DNA of 64,000 nucleotides from Acidilobaceae archaeon (GTDB lineage Archaea > Thermoproteota > Thermoprotei_A > Sulfolobales > Acidilobaceae): positions 160,001 through 224,000 of the forward strand of contig JAWAWX010000001.1 in NCBI GenBank assembly GCA_038897215.1, in the 5' to 3' direction. The notes beneath the pieces were generated by a model. It saw only the letters and a list, made by a program, of their open reading frames with translations. It was not told where the DNA came from and made no database searches. Each line of letters starts with the position of its first letter. Within the stretch, counting starts at the first letter, position 1. Positions 35,555 to 44,696 of the stretch are shown in pieces. The translations under genes were made by a program, and so were the position numbers.

Positions 35555-36316
35555 GTGTTGAGATTCCACCTAGCTTACTCTAAGGCTTCTAAGTTCAAGT
35601 ACGTCACTCTAGCTTTATCCAAGATCAGCGATGAGTGTAATCTAAGTGTTACAGAGGATGGAGTCACGTTCTGGATGATGAGCCCCGATAAGACGATCAT
35701 GGCTGTAGTCTCGATACCCCCGCTATCGCTCGACGCTTTCGAGGTAGACGAGCCAGTAAGGCTCGTCGTGAGAACAGAGGATTTACACAGGGTAGCGAAG
35801 AGAGCGGGGAGGAACGATGTGCTAGAGCTAGAGCTACCAGAGGGGGAGACGGGCTTCGTGTCATCGAGGCTCGTCGATAAGAAGACGGGGATGCAGCGGT
35901 CCTTCGAGATCCCAGTGCTCTCGACTAGCGGGGCCGAGTACAGAGAGCCCAGGATCAGCACTACGGCTAGGTTCACGATGAACTCCAAGGACTTCAAGCT
36001 GCTATCGCAGGACGTCAAGGTAGTAGGAGACACTCTAGCGGTGAGAGCAGTCTCCGGAGAGGTCAGAGTGACTGCTAGAGGCGAGAACAAGCTCTACGAG
36101 TGGGTCCTCAAGCCCGGAGACCCCCTCATAGACCTAGACGTCGAGGAGCCCTCCGAGTCTCTCTACTCGAGGTCATCGATAGACATAGCGGTGAAGCCTG
36201 CTGGAGCAGCTGAGACGGTTAGATTCGAGTTCGCCACAAACTACCCGGCCAGGCTGACATTCAACCTGCCTGGCGGAGAAAAGATGATGATACTTGTGGC
36301 TCCCATCGTCGAGTAG
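35555..36316 (+). CDS. pcn: PCNA sliding clamp (one crenarchaeal paralog)
   Basis: KISDE..TEDG..MSPDK..M; C-terminal F.T.YP.RL.F..G....VAP. Confidence 0.9.
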   Translation: MLRFHLAYSKASKFKYVTLALSKISDECNLSVTEDGVTFWMMSPDKTIMAVVSIPPLSLDAFEVDEPVRLVVRTEDLHRVAKRAGRNDVLELELPEGETGFVSSRLVDKKTGMQRSFEIPVLSTSGAEYREPRISTTARFTMNSKDFKLLSQDVKVVGDTLAVRAVSGEVRVTARGENKLYEWVLKPGDPLIDLDVEEPSESLYSRSSIDIAVKPAGAAETVRFEFATNYPARLTFNLPGGEKMMILVAPIVE

Positions 36317-36318
36317 CG

Positions 36319-36867
36319 GTGAGAGCCACGAAGCTGGTAGCTATAGCGGCTCACAGCGGGAGCTACGACGAGAGTCTAGAGGAGGCAGCTAGGAGGCTAG
36401 TCGCGTCTCTCACTACACACTGCGGAGACGTAGCGCTACTCCTAGGCGGGTATTGGGGCTTAATGAAGGTAGTGGCAGACGAGGCTCTATCGCGAGGCCT
36501 CACAGTCGTAATCCTGCCCCCGCTAGAGAGAGAGCACGAGAGCTTCCCTGAGAAAGCGATAGTCGTAAGGACGGGGGTCAGCTATAGAGTCAGGAGCGTC
36601 TTCCTAGCGAGGAGCTGCGACGCTATGGTGGCTCTAGGGGGAGCAGCTGGGGTCATCCAGGAGGCTGTAACAGCGTACACCGAGAGCAAGACAGTCTTCC
36701 TCCTCAAGAGCGGCCTAGATAGCGATAAGCTTGAAGCACTAGCCCCCTACCTAGACTACAGGAGGCTCGCCCCCATACTAGTCTACAGTGACCCCGAGAG
36801 CCTAGCCAGAGACCTCTGCGCGTACCTCTCTAGCCGTGACCAATCAGTAGTAACGGAACACGGCTAA
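36319..36867 (+). CDS. LOG/SLOG-family Rossmann-fold protein
   Basis: GGYWGLMKVVA, R..FLARSCD and GGAAGVIQE motifs. Confidence 0.85.
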   Translation: MRATKLVAIAAHSGSYDESLEEAARRLVASLTTHCGDVALLLGGYWGLMKVVADEALSRGLTVVILPPLEREHESFPEKAIVVRTGVSYRVRSVFLARSCDAMVALGGAAGVIQEAVTAYTESKTVFLLKSGLDSDKLEALAPYLDYRRLAPILVYSDPESLARDLCAYLSSRDQSVVTEHG

Positions 36868-36882
36868 AACTCCATACAACTT

Positions 36883-36932
36883 TCTAGATTCTCAACGATC
36901 TAGACGTACGTCTTCATGATTAACTTTTTAAA
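36883..36932 (+). promoter_or_regulatory. tes promoter with palindromes
   Basis: TCTAGAT-N8-ATCTAGA, perfect palindrome AGACGTACGTCT (36902-36913), then TTTTTAAA TATA. Confidence 0.5.
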
Positions 36933-36972
36933 TTTCGACAACACTTGAGAAGTCTAAGGGTGGTCTCCCCCC

Positions 36973-38679
36973 ATGACTGCCGAGACTGTAAGCGATACCT
37001 CGGCAAACCCTGCTCCTAGCCTCCTCTCGGGAGAACTCCTCAAGCTCTTAGGCGAGGGGGAGAAGCCTGTCAAAACCACTCTGAGCTTATGTCCTGAGTG
37101 TCGCAGACTTGTCTTAGCGCTTATACTCGAGCGTGAGGGGAGACTCTACATAAGGAAAGAGTGCCCGGTTCACGGCATCGAAGAGGATGTCTACTTTGGA
37201 GACGCGAGTATCTACGCTAAATTCATGAGGTTCCAGGAGAGGGGAAAGAGAGTCCTAGCAGAGGAGCACAGCGCAGAAGCTAGTGAGCTATGTCCCTTTA
37301 GTTGCGGACTCTGCTCGCTTCATGAAAACGCTCCAGCTTTAGTCAACATAGTGGTCACTAACCGTTGCGACCTCTCATGCTGGTACTGCTTCTTCTACAT
37401 GGAGAGAGCCGGCTATCTATACGAGCCGAGTATTGAGGAGATAGAGTTCATGGCTGAACGCGTAGGGAAGCAGAAGTACCCTGCTGGAGTCCAGCTCACT
37501 GGAGGAGAGCCTCTTCTGAGAGAAGACTTGGTCGAGATTGTTAGAGCGATCAGAGACAAGGGTGTTCCATACGTTCAGCTCAACACGAATGGGATTAGGT
37601 TAGCAGTCATGTTCTTAGAGAATGAGGAAAAGGCAGTGAATTACGCTAAGAGTCTAGCTGAAGCTGGGGTCTCAGCTATCTACATGAGCTTCGATGGAGT
37701 CACTCCGGAGACTAACTGGAAGAATCACTACGAGGCTCCATTCGCTCTCGAAGCTTTCAGAAGAGCCGAGCTCAACGTGGTTCTAGTCCCTACACTCTTG
37801 AGGGGAGTCAATGACCACGAGCTAGGAGACATGATCAGATTCGCTGGCAAACACATCGAGGTAGTAAGGGGGGTCAACGTCCAGCCCGTGAGCTTCACTG
37901 GGAGAGCTAGTAGAGCAGAAAGGGAGAGATACAGGATCACCATACCTGATGTAATGAGAGCTGTTGAGGATCAAACAAGTGGAGAGATACCTAGAAAGTC
38001 GTGGTTCCCCGTCCCTATCGTGGCTAAGCTAACGAGACTCATGGACTTCATCCTAGGCGGAGACTACCTAGCCTGGGCTAACCACCCTGTCTGTGGAGCA
38101 GCCACATTCGCTATCGTAGCTGAGAGAGATGAGAACCACGTACCAAGGAGATTCATAGCTCTCACTGACTTTTTCGACGTAGAAGGGTTCATAGAGTATG
38201 TGGATGAGCTAAGAATAGAGGTCGAGAAGAGGGGGGGAGCAACACTTCTAGATAAAGCCAGACTACTCGCCAGTATTCGTAGATTCGTTGACGCTAGCAA
38301 GCTACCTAGAGACATCAAGCCCGCGCGCCTGCTAGCTAAGTTCCTGCTAGGAGCCAATATAGAGGCTGTGAAAGAGTTCTTGAAGCACAGTCTTCTAATT
38401 GGAGCAATGCACTTCATGGACCTCTACAACTACGACGTGGAGAGAGTGAAAAAATGCAATATCCTCTACGCTCTCCCAGACGGGAGGCTAGTACCGTTCT
38501 GCGCCTTCAACGTGCTCCCAGACCGCTATAGGGAGGAGGTGCAGAGAAGGTTCTCGAAGCCAGTCACAAAAGCCAGCACCAGGGAGGTCTTCAAATACGA
38601 TAGAGGCAAGTACATAGAGTCGATATTGAAGCACCCTATCTACTTGAGCTACTATCGCGGGATACTGTCCGGTCTCTGA
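36973..38679 (+). CDS. tes: tetraether lipid synthase (GDGT-MAS/Tes, MJ0619-family radical SAM)
   Basis: CPEC..CPVHG rubredoxin-like site, CPFSCGLCSLH, CDLSCWYC radical-SAM motif, HPVCG, MHFMDLYNYD..KKC..PFC. Confidence 0.88.
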   Translation: MTAETVSDTSANPAPSLLSGELLKLLGEGEKPVKTTLSLCPECRRLVLALILEREGRLYIRKECPVHGIEEDVYFGDASIYAKFMRFQERGKRVLAEEHSAEASELCPFSCGLCSLHENAPALVNIVVTNRCDLSCWYCFFYMERAGYLYEPSIEEIEFMAERVGKQKYPAGVQLTGGEPLLREDLVEIVRAIRDKGVPYVQLNTNGIRLAVMFLENEEKAVNYAKSLAEAGVSAIYMSFDGVTPETNWKNHYEAPFALEAFRRAELNVVLVPTLLRGVNDHELGDMIRFAGKHIEVVRGVNVQPVSFTGRASRAERERYRITIPDVMRAVEDQTSGEIPRKSWFPVPIVAKLTRLMDFILGGDYLAWANHPVCGAATFAIVAERDENHVPRRFIALTDFFDVEGFIEYVDELRIEVEKRGGATLLDKARLLASIRRFVDASKLPRDIKPARLLAKFLLGANIEAVKEFLKHSLLIGAMHFMDLYNYDVERVKKCNILYALPDGRLVPFCAFNVLPDRYREEVQRRFSKPVTKASTREVFKYDRGKYIESILKHPIYLSYYRGILSGL

Positions 38680-39316
38680 ACTCTCGAAGAGCCATCCTTA
38701 CAGCGAATAGCGCTAGGAAGGCGGCGAGCAGTAGCAGGAGAGCAGCGTAGACCCTGTAGTCTATGGAGCCGGCCGCGCTCCCTACTGCTGCGAGGAAAGC
38801 GAGCCAGGCGAAGTCTATGGATACGTGTACAACGTACATGGCGGCGAGCCCAGCGTAGCCTAGTCTACGCGACTCGGCTATGAGAGGGTAGCCCACGGTG
38901 ACCCACCATAGGAGGAAGTGAGCGTTGAGCCCTGTTAGAGCTAGCCCCGCTACTAGAGCCTCGGTGAGCTTCACGCTTCTAACGCCAGCGTCTACCTCGA
39001 GAGCTCCCGTAGAGTAGACGTCGAGAGCGCTGGATGCCAGCAGGTAGGCGAAGTAGAGCATGAAGATGATAGCAGCAACAGTCATGTACGGCCTGAGTCT
39101 CCTGATACCGCTCTCCACACTCTCTAATGTCTTGTAGAGGAGGACTACGTAGGGTAGCTCGAAGAGAGCGTGGCCCACAGCTACAGCAACCCCCCCGGCT
39201 ACGCCGAGGCTGGCTCCAGACGCTAGAGCAGACGCTGAGAGAGGGCCCGGAGCCAGGGCTCCAGTAGGCGTTATGGCTAGAGTTAACAGTAGCAAAGCCA
39301 GCAGCTCTCTAGCCAT
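38636..39316 (-). CDS. LysE-family exporter
   Basis: ALAPGPL, GHALFE, NAHFLLWW and H..DF.W motifs; about 6 TM helices. Confidence 0.85.
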   Translation of the reverse strand: MARELLALLLLTLAITPTGALAPGPLSASALASGASLGVAGGVAVAVGHALFELPYVVLLYKTLESVESGIRRLRPYMTVAAIIFMLYFAYLLASSALDVYSTGALEVDAGVRSVKLTEALVAGLALTGLNAHFLLWWVTVGYPLIAESRRLGYAGLAAMYVVHVSIDFAWLAFLAAVGSAAGSIDYRVYAALLLLLAAFLALFAVRMALREFRDRTVSRDSSSSR

Positions 39317-39483
39317 TCCTCCAACCTGCCTGAAGCAGGAGAAGATAGCGCCTATTAAGTGCTATTATTGGAAAGCCGTGAATCTAAGACTCGAGGTCTC
39401 GCCACTACACGCTCACAGTGCTTCTCAACAACTGTAGCTCGACGGAGGATGGAGGCGACTGGCGGCAGTCGAGAGTAGAGCCT

Positions 39484-40155
39484 CTAGAACGGGGGGTTGT
39501 AGAAGACCAGGTAGTACGAGCCGATTAGTATCACGAGAGCTAAGAGTAGCGCTCTAGCTAGGAGCACTGTCCTCAGGTTTAGCGAGAGATGCTCGGCTAA
39601 TAGTGTGGGGATGAAGGCTGCGATGATTAGAGGAGACACTATTATCGCGCAGTAAATCACAACAAATAGCGCTCTAACAGTCCAAGACGCTACGTGCGAG
39701 GAGAGGAGCCCTAGGAATATCAGGTAGGGAGCGGCTGAGCACAGCATGAAGCTCCAGGATACTAGAACACCGTAGACGAGAGCCCCTCCGAGGAGCCAGA
39801 GTCCTGAGAGTCTCTGAACCCAGGCTGGGAGGCACTCTCCAACTCTGCAAGCCGCGGTCTCGCTCTTCAGAGCTTCTCGTAGATCGAGTACTAGGAGCGC
39901 GAGCGCTAGAGCTAAGACTAGCGCTAGGAGAATCCTGAAGTAGGCGAGGATAGAGCTTAAAGCTAGGCCTACTAGCACGTAGCCACAGTATACTCCCAGG
40001 ATGAAGAAGGCTGGGAGAGCGAGTCTCCTAGCTCCCCTAAAGCCTAGAGTAGACGAGTAGAGAGCTAGAACAGCTGTTGTCGAGATCGCGCATGCGTTGA
40101 GCGAGTCTATCGAAGCATAGACAACCATCAACACCAAGAGATGCGAGAGGTCCAC
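39484..40155 (-). CDS. CcdA/DsbD-like membrane redox protein
   Basis: DSLNAC and LCSAAPY correspond to the two TM cysteine motifs. Confidence 0.7.
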   Translation of the reverse strand: MDLSHLLVLMVVYASIDSLNACAISTTAVLALYSSTLGFRGARRLALPAFFILGVYCGYVLVGLALSSILAYFRILLALVLALALALLVLDLREALKSETAACRVGECLPAWVQRLSGLWLLGGALVYGVLVSWSFMLCSAAPYLIFLGLLSSHVASWTVRALFVVIYCAIIVSPLIIAAFIPTLLAEHLSLNLRTVLLARALLLALVILIGSYYLVFYNPPF

Positions 40156-40213
40156 TCGAGAGCTCCCCCGCAGGGAGAGTCTATCGCTTAGGTAATATTT
40201 TAGAAGAACAGCT

Positions 40214-41122
40214 CTAAGCCGGCATGAATGCCGGAGAATCCATCGTGGCTACAGTCTTCTCAGCCTCTATCCTAGCTCTAAGATATCTAGGTACGCTGAA
40301 GATATGCTTGTGCGCTATGGAGTCGTAGAATCTGGTCTCCACGCCTAGTCTCGCTAGAGCTTCATCCACAAGCTCGGCTTCAAGAGACTCGGGGTCTTTG
40401 TAGTCAGAGGCGATCACGAAGCCCCATAGGGATTGGAAGCTGGGGACATAGACGTGATAGTATGCTGTGTGCTTAAACACGCTCCTGACGGTATTGTAGA
40501 TTATGGAGTGAGTTCTGGGAGTACTCGAGGGGCTCGTAGCCTGAGTCACGAACACTCCGTTCTCCTCCATGATCGAGCGCACTCTCTCGTAGAACTCTCT
40601 CGTATAGAGCTTGTAGGATGGACCGGCCTCCACGGGGTCTGAGAGGTCTGCTATCACTACATCGAATTTCTCGCTCGTGCTGAACACGTAGTCGAGAGCA
40701 TCACCGATCACAAGCTCTAGCCTCGGGTCTTCGAAAACACCTCTATTCATGAACTCTAGGTGCTCTCTAGACACCTTGATCACTTCCTCGTCTATGTCGA
40801 CCATGACTACTTTCTCCACGCTCCTATACTTGAGGACCTCTCTCGCGGTCGCTCCCTCTCCTCCGCCCAGGATGAGGACTCTCCTAGGGCTTCCGTGGAG
40901 CACCATTGCTGGATGCACTAGTGACTCGTGGTAGACGAACTCATCTGCTTCAGACGACTGAGTCTTACCGTCTAGCACGAGGAGCTTCCCGAAATCCTCT
41001 GTTTCAGCGACTATGATCTCCTGATATTTCGAGACCCTGTAGTCAATTATTCTCTTGAAAACCTTAACGTGAGCCAGACCCGGGGTATCCCACTCGAGGA
41101 AGATCAGATAAGGCATTCTCAC
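40214..41122 (-). CDS. speE: polyamine aminopropyltransferase
   Basis: SKYQEI, LDGKTQ, YHESLVH, GGGEG, VDID and DLSDP motifs. Confidence 0.95.
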   Translation of the reverse strand: MRMPYLIFLEWDTPGLAHVKVFKRIIDYRVSKYQEIIVAETEDFGKLLVLDGKTQSSEADEFVYHESLVHPAMVLHGSPRRVLILGGGEGATAREVLKYRSVEKVVMVDIDEEVIKVSREHLEFMNRGVFEDPRLELVIGDALDYVFSTSEKFDVVIADLSDPVEAGPSYKLYTREFYERVRSIMEENGVFVTQATSPSSTPRTHSIIYNTVRSVFKHTAYYHVYVPSFQSLWGFVIASDYKDPESLEAELVDEALARLGVETRFYDSIAHKHIFSVPRYLRARIEAEKTVATMDSPAFMPA

Positions 41123-41301
41123 AGCGAGCCACCGAGAAGCCTAGTGGGAGCGCTAGCTTCCAGCTATATGCTTTGAGCTCTCCTTCAAGCTTAGTGGCGC
41201 TAGAGCTCCAGAGAACCGGGTAGCGCTGAGTAGCTGGTCGCGGGGCTCTCGCTCTCCAGCTTTTTAGGGAGCGGTTCGCGGTCTAGGGTCTGAGGGCTCT
41301 C

Positions 41302-42045
41302 TTGGAGCGGGATAGGGGCTCTCTCAGAGTCGCTGTGCTTGATGTAGACGGTACTCTGACCGTTAGGCGGGGTAGCCTTCTGCTCTCTCCCGAAGCCGTC
41401 GTGGCTGTTCGCGTCTTGAAGTGTATGGGGATGATTGTCTCTCTAGTCTCAGGCAACTCTCTCCCCATTGTAGCCGGGCTCTCCGCCTACCTCGGTGCAG
41501 ACATAGCCATTGGCGAGAATGGCTGCATAGCTCTGCTAGAGGGAGAGGAGGAGGTCCATATCTGTAAGTCTAGGCCTCCCCGGTGGCTCGTGGAGGAGGT
41601 CTTGAAGCTAGGCTTCAGGGAGTCTTGGCAGAACAAGTTTAGAGTCTACGACCTAGCATTCTACCCTCCTCCCGGCGACCTGACTGGAGGCTTGAGGAGA
41701 GCTAGAAAGCTAGCTCTCGAGAACGGCTTTGCCGCATCCTGGTCTGGCTACGCTCTCCACATACACCCACGAGAGGGAGGCAAGGATAGAGGCGTTGAGG
41801 CTATTCTCGAGAAGCTAGGGCTCGAGTGGAGCAATGTCTTAGCTGTAGGGGATGGAGATAACGATGCTGTCGTGTTAGCGAAAGCGAGAATGTCTATAGC
41901 GCTAGCAGACGCCTCCGAGCTAGCTAAAAGAGCCTCGACGGTGATCGCTAGGAGCACCGGGGGGTCTGGCGTGCTAGAAGCTCTCCTCGAGCTAGCAGGC
42001 TTTGAGAGCTACTCGGAGGCTCTATCTAGATGCGGGAGTCTCTAG
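41302..42045 (+). CDS. HAD phosphatase (archaeal phosphoglycolate phosphatase type)
   Basis: DVDGTLT, SGNS, ENG, KDRG and GDGDND motifs. Confidence 0.9.
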   Translation: MERDRGSLRVAVLDVDGTLTVRRGSLLLSPEAVVAVRVLKCMGMIVSLVSGNSLPIVAGLSAYLGADIAIGENGCIALLEGEEEVHICKSRPPRWLVEEVLKLGFRESWQNKFRVYDLAFYPPPGDLTGGLRRARKLALENGFAASWSGYALHIHPREGGKDRGVEAILEKLGLEWSNVLAVGDGDNDAVVLAKARMSIALADASELAKRASTVIARSTGGSGVLEALLELAGFESYSEALSRCGSL

Positions 42046-42918
42046 CGCTGGCTCAGCTTTCCTGAAAGCTCTCACAACGCTCGCTTCAGGCCTCTTACCC
42101 ACAGGGAATATCATGACGGGGAACTCTTCCTCACAGTCTATCTCTAGAATCCTGCAGACATCATCATCGTAGAACGCTCCCACGGCTACAGTAGCTAGGT
42201 TGAGTGCTTCAGCAACGAGGTACACGTGCTCAGACGCCATAGCAGCATCTAGGAGCACGTAGCGATACGCTCGAAGCCCGTATCTGCTCGCAGTCCTCCT
42301 GTAGACAGCAGTCACTACTATAATGGCTGGAGCTCTAGCGACAAATGTCTGGTCTAGAGAGGCTACGGAGAGAGCCACGGAGAAGTCTCCTCTCTTGAGT
42401 AACTCGAGACTATGCTCGCTAGGATTGTAGTGGTATAGCCCTCTATCCAAGCCCGTCACTCTAGACGCCGCCAGGTAGAGCTCGACAGGCTGGAGGTTGC
42501 CAGCGCTAGGGTAGGCTCTGAGAAGCTCTCCCCACCTAGTCCTAGAGGTCACTCCCGCGGTGTAGTACAGGAGAGCAGAGACCTCGCTCAGGCTCAGAGG
42601 CTCGTGAGAGTAAGACCGTCTGCTCCTCCGAGACTTGATAGCAGTGAATACATCGACCCCGCTCTTCTCAAGAGGCTCAGGTAGAGGAATCCTTATAGCG
42701 TTCGGGTAGACTTTGTGGAATGGCTCTGATTTATATAGAAGACTCATACCCAGATAGCCGCGGCTATGGAGCGAGAGGTAGTGGTACACCAGAGACGGGT
42801 CTCTCTTCTCTCTAGCTCTTCTAAGCCCTCTAGCCAGAACTCTAACCACGTCCTCCGGCAGGGTATCACATAGCTTCTCTACTGCTTCACTAGCCTCTCT
42901 TAAACTCACTCTCTTCAC
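42022..42918 (-). CDS. SagB/ThcOx-family nitroreductase
   Basis: RRSRR, RAYPSAG.LQPVE, GLYHY, RYG.RAYRY and GAFYDD motifs. Confidence 0.9.
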   Translation of the reverse strand: MKRVSLREASEAVEKLCDTLPEDVVRVLARGLRRAREKRDPSLVYHYLSLHSRGYLGMSLLYKSEPFHKVYPNAIRIPLPEPLEKSGVDVFTAIKSRRSRRSYSHEPLSLSEVSALLYYTAGVTSRTRWGELLRAYPSAGNLQPVELYLAASRVTGLDRGLYHYNPSEHSLELLKRGDFSVALSVASLDQTFVARAPAIIVVTAVYRRTASRYGLRAYRYVLLDAAMASEHVYLVAEALNLATVAVGAFYDDDVCRILEIDCEEEFPVMIFPVGKRPEASVVRAFRKAEPALETPASR

Positions 42919-42930
42919 CTTTTAAGAGCG

Positions 42931-42990
42931 AGCTTTAGCTGGTTTTAAAGCTAGAGTTTTAGCTAAGATTTATAAATTATCTTAAGATCT
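42931..42990. promoter_or_regulatory. AT-rich promoter with two inverted repeats
   Basis: AGCTTTA-N8-TAAAGCT (42931-42952) and TAAGAT-N9-ATCTTA (42964-42984). Confidence 0.5.
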
Positions 42991-43084
42991 ATTTTTAGTG
43001 CTTGGTTTCAGTTATACTCACACATAGACAGGGTAGCGTGAGCGAGAGTAGAGCGATGACCTCCACGAGAGTCGAGAGCAGGGT

Positions 43085-44248
43085 CTAGAAGAGGCTTATG
43101 GTTACTCGAGTGTTATGACTTCCCACAGCTACCTCTCTAGATGAGACCCTGTAGGGTCTCGTGTCTGGCTTCGCGTCTTTGATGAATAGATGCGTCTTAC
43201 ACCTGCCTACAAAGGTCACTATCGGCTTCAGCTTGGCTATAGAGGGAGCCCAGGTGCAGCCGTGGAGGGGTGCTGTTAACGCTAGCGTTTTCCTGACCCC
43301 GGCTCCGAGCATCTTGGAGACTATGAGGTCGGCTACTTCTCCGCTAAGCGGCCCTAGTATTAGCAGAGCAGGGTTCTTCTTGTTGGAGACTAGAGGCTTG
43401 TAGAGGCTTGTGTGAGAGTATCTCTGCAAGTCTCTCTTAACCTCTATCTCTGCATATGTCTCGCTCAAAGGCTCTACCAGTATGCTGAGAGATGTGAGCT
43501 GGTTGACTGCGGCTAAGAGCTCTCCGTAGACTCCTTTGAGTGATGGGATAGGCTTTGACATGAATGAGGTTAAGTCGACGCTCCCGCTTAGAGAGAGCTC
43601 TGAGTGAAGCACTGGCTTCTCGCTTATAAGCTGCCTCCAGCGCTCATCTCCTACTCCCAGCGGCTTCGCTCTAGCAGAGACATCGTCTAGCAGCTTCTCC
43701 ACCACCTCCTCTCGTCTAGCATAGCTTTCTCTACAATCCTCTCTCTCAAGGCATCTCTCGAGAACCCTAGCTAGGCTAGTCTCAGCTCTCCTACAGTACT
43801 CGCTGAGAGCCTCGGGGGGAGGAGGCCAGAGCACTGAGAGAGCGGTCTTCGAGAAGGATAGAGTAGAGCCGGCTGAGAGAAGGCTGATGCTAGAACATCT
43901 TCTAGCCAAGCCTTCGAGAGACGCTTCGAGCAAATGGGGTGATGTCAGTGAAAGGAAGGCTAGAGTCTTCGACAAGAAGCTTCTACACTCAGAGCTAGCT
44001 ATAGGCGCGGCTAGCCCGCATCTCTCGAGCTCTCCGCGAGACGCTATGAGGAATAGCGGAGCGTAGAGAGGGCTTAGAGAAGCCTGGATGTGGCTATCCG
44101 GGGGCACTCTCGCTAGGAGGCTCTCCCGCAGGACTCTCTCAGCGCAGGAGTGGTAGACTCCAGCATCGATGCTCACCACGTGCCCACCGTCCTGGATCAG
44201 GCTAGAGACGCCCCAGCCGCTGGGCAGGATGAAGACTCGAGTCTCCAG
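43085..44248 (-). CDS. degenerate metallo-beta-lactamase-fold (ComEC-like) protein; proposed CTG start at 44248 (ORF-track start 44179)
   Basis: LETRVFILPSGWGVSSLIQDGGHVVSIDAG, LSVLWPP, LLILGP and TAPLHG parallel MBL motifs, but the His/Asp ligands are missing. Confidence 0.55.
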   Translation of the reverse strand: METRVFILPSGWGVSSLIQDGGHVVSIDAGVYHSCAERVLRESLLARVPPDSHIQASLSPLYAPLFLIASRGELERCGLAAPIASSECRSFLSKTLAFLSLTSPHLLEASLEGLARRCSSISLLSAGSTLSFSKTALSVLWPPPPEALSEYCRRAETSLARVLERCLEREDCRESYARREEVVEKLLDDVSARAKPLGVGDERWRQLISEKPVLHSELSLSGSVDLTSFMSKPIPSLKGVYGELLAAVNQLTSLSILVEPLSETYAEIEVKRDLQRYSHTSLYKPLVSNKKNPALLILGPLSGEVADLIVSKMLGAGVRKTLALTAPLHGCTWAPSIAKLKPIVTFVGRCKTHLFIKDAKPDTRPYRVSSREVAVGSHNTRVTISLF

Positions 44249-44365
44249 AGCTCAGCCCCCAGGGGGTCTCGCCGCCTAGGATTTATTATGTGGGCGAGTC
44301 TCCGAGCAGTCGTGGATAAAGGTTAGAGAACAATTATTCTCGAGGAGTGGTGCTCTCTCGAGCTA

Positions 44366-44650
44366 CTACTCTCCGTACTCTCCTATGCTCTCTAAGACTA
44401 TCTCGTAGTACGAGTCTTTCGCTTGCTCTAGCTCCTCTCTCCGCTCTTCTCCAGTAGCCTGAGTCTTGCTCACAGTCTTAGTAGTTAGAATCTTGGGCTC
44501 TCCCTTGCTCACAGTCCTCATCTCCACTCTATCCTTCTCTGTCACCGGTATCTCGTAGCCGCAGCTACTGCACCTCATGACGACCTCCTTGTCTTTCCTA
44601 ATGGGGGCCATGATGCTACCACATTTGGAGCAAAATCTCACAAGCAACAC
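44366..44650 (-). CDS. TFS/RpoM-like protein with the N-terminal Zn ribbon only
   Basis: RFCSKCGSIM..RCSSCGYE; ends with an acidic helix; no C-terminal ribbon or SADE motif. Confidence 0.8.
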   Translation of the reverse strand: MLLVRFCSKCGSIMAPIRKDKEVVMRCSSCGYEIPVTEKDRVEMRTVSKGEPKILTTKTVSKTQATGEERREELEQAKDSYYEIVLESIGEYGE

Positions 44651-44696
44651 CTCATCCGGAGCAGTCTTAGAGCCCATATCTTCTCTTTCCGGCAGG

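Noticed and set aside
41233-41266. hairpin plus T-run resembling a bacterial terminator or H/ACA RNA
   Set aside because: It sits between divergent genes, the T-run is plausibly the HAD gene's TATA element, and no ACA box or K-turn was seen.
42022-42918. RiPP (TOMM) cluster around the SagB-like gene
   Set aside because: No YcaO or precursor peptide nearby; stand-alone SagB-like genes are common in archaea.
42919-43020. replication origin
   Set aside because: AT-rich, but no ORB-like boxes and no cdc6 or whiP gene recognised nearby.
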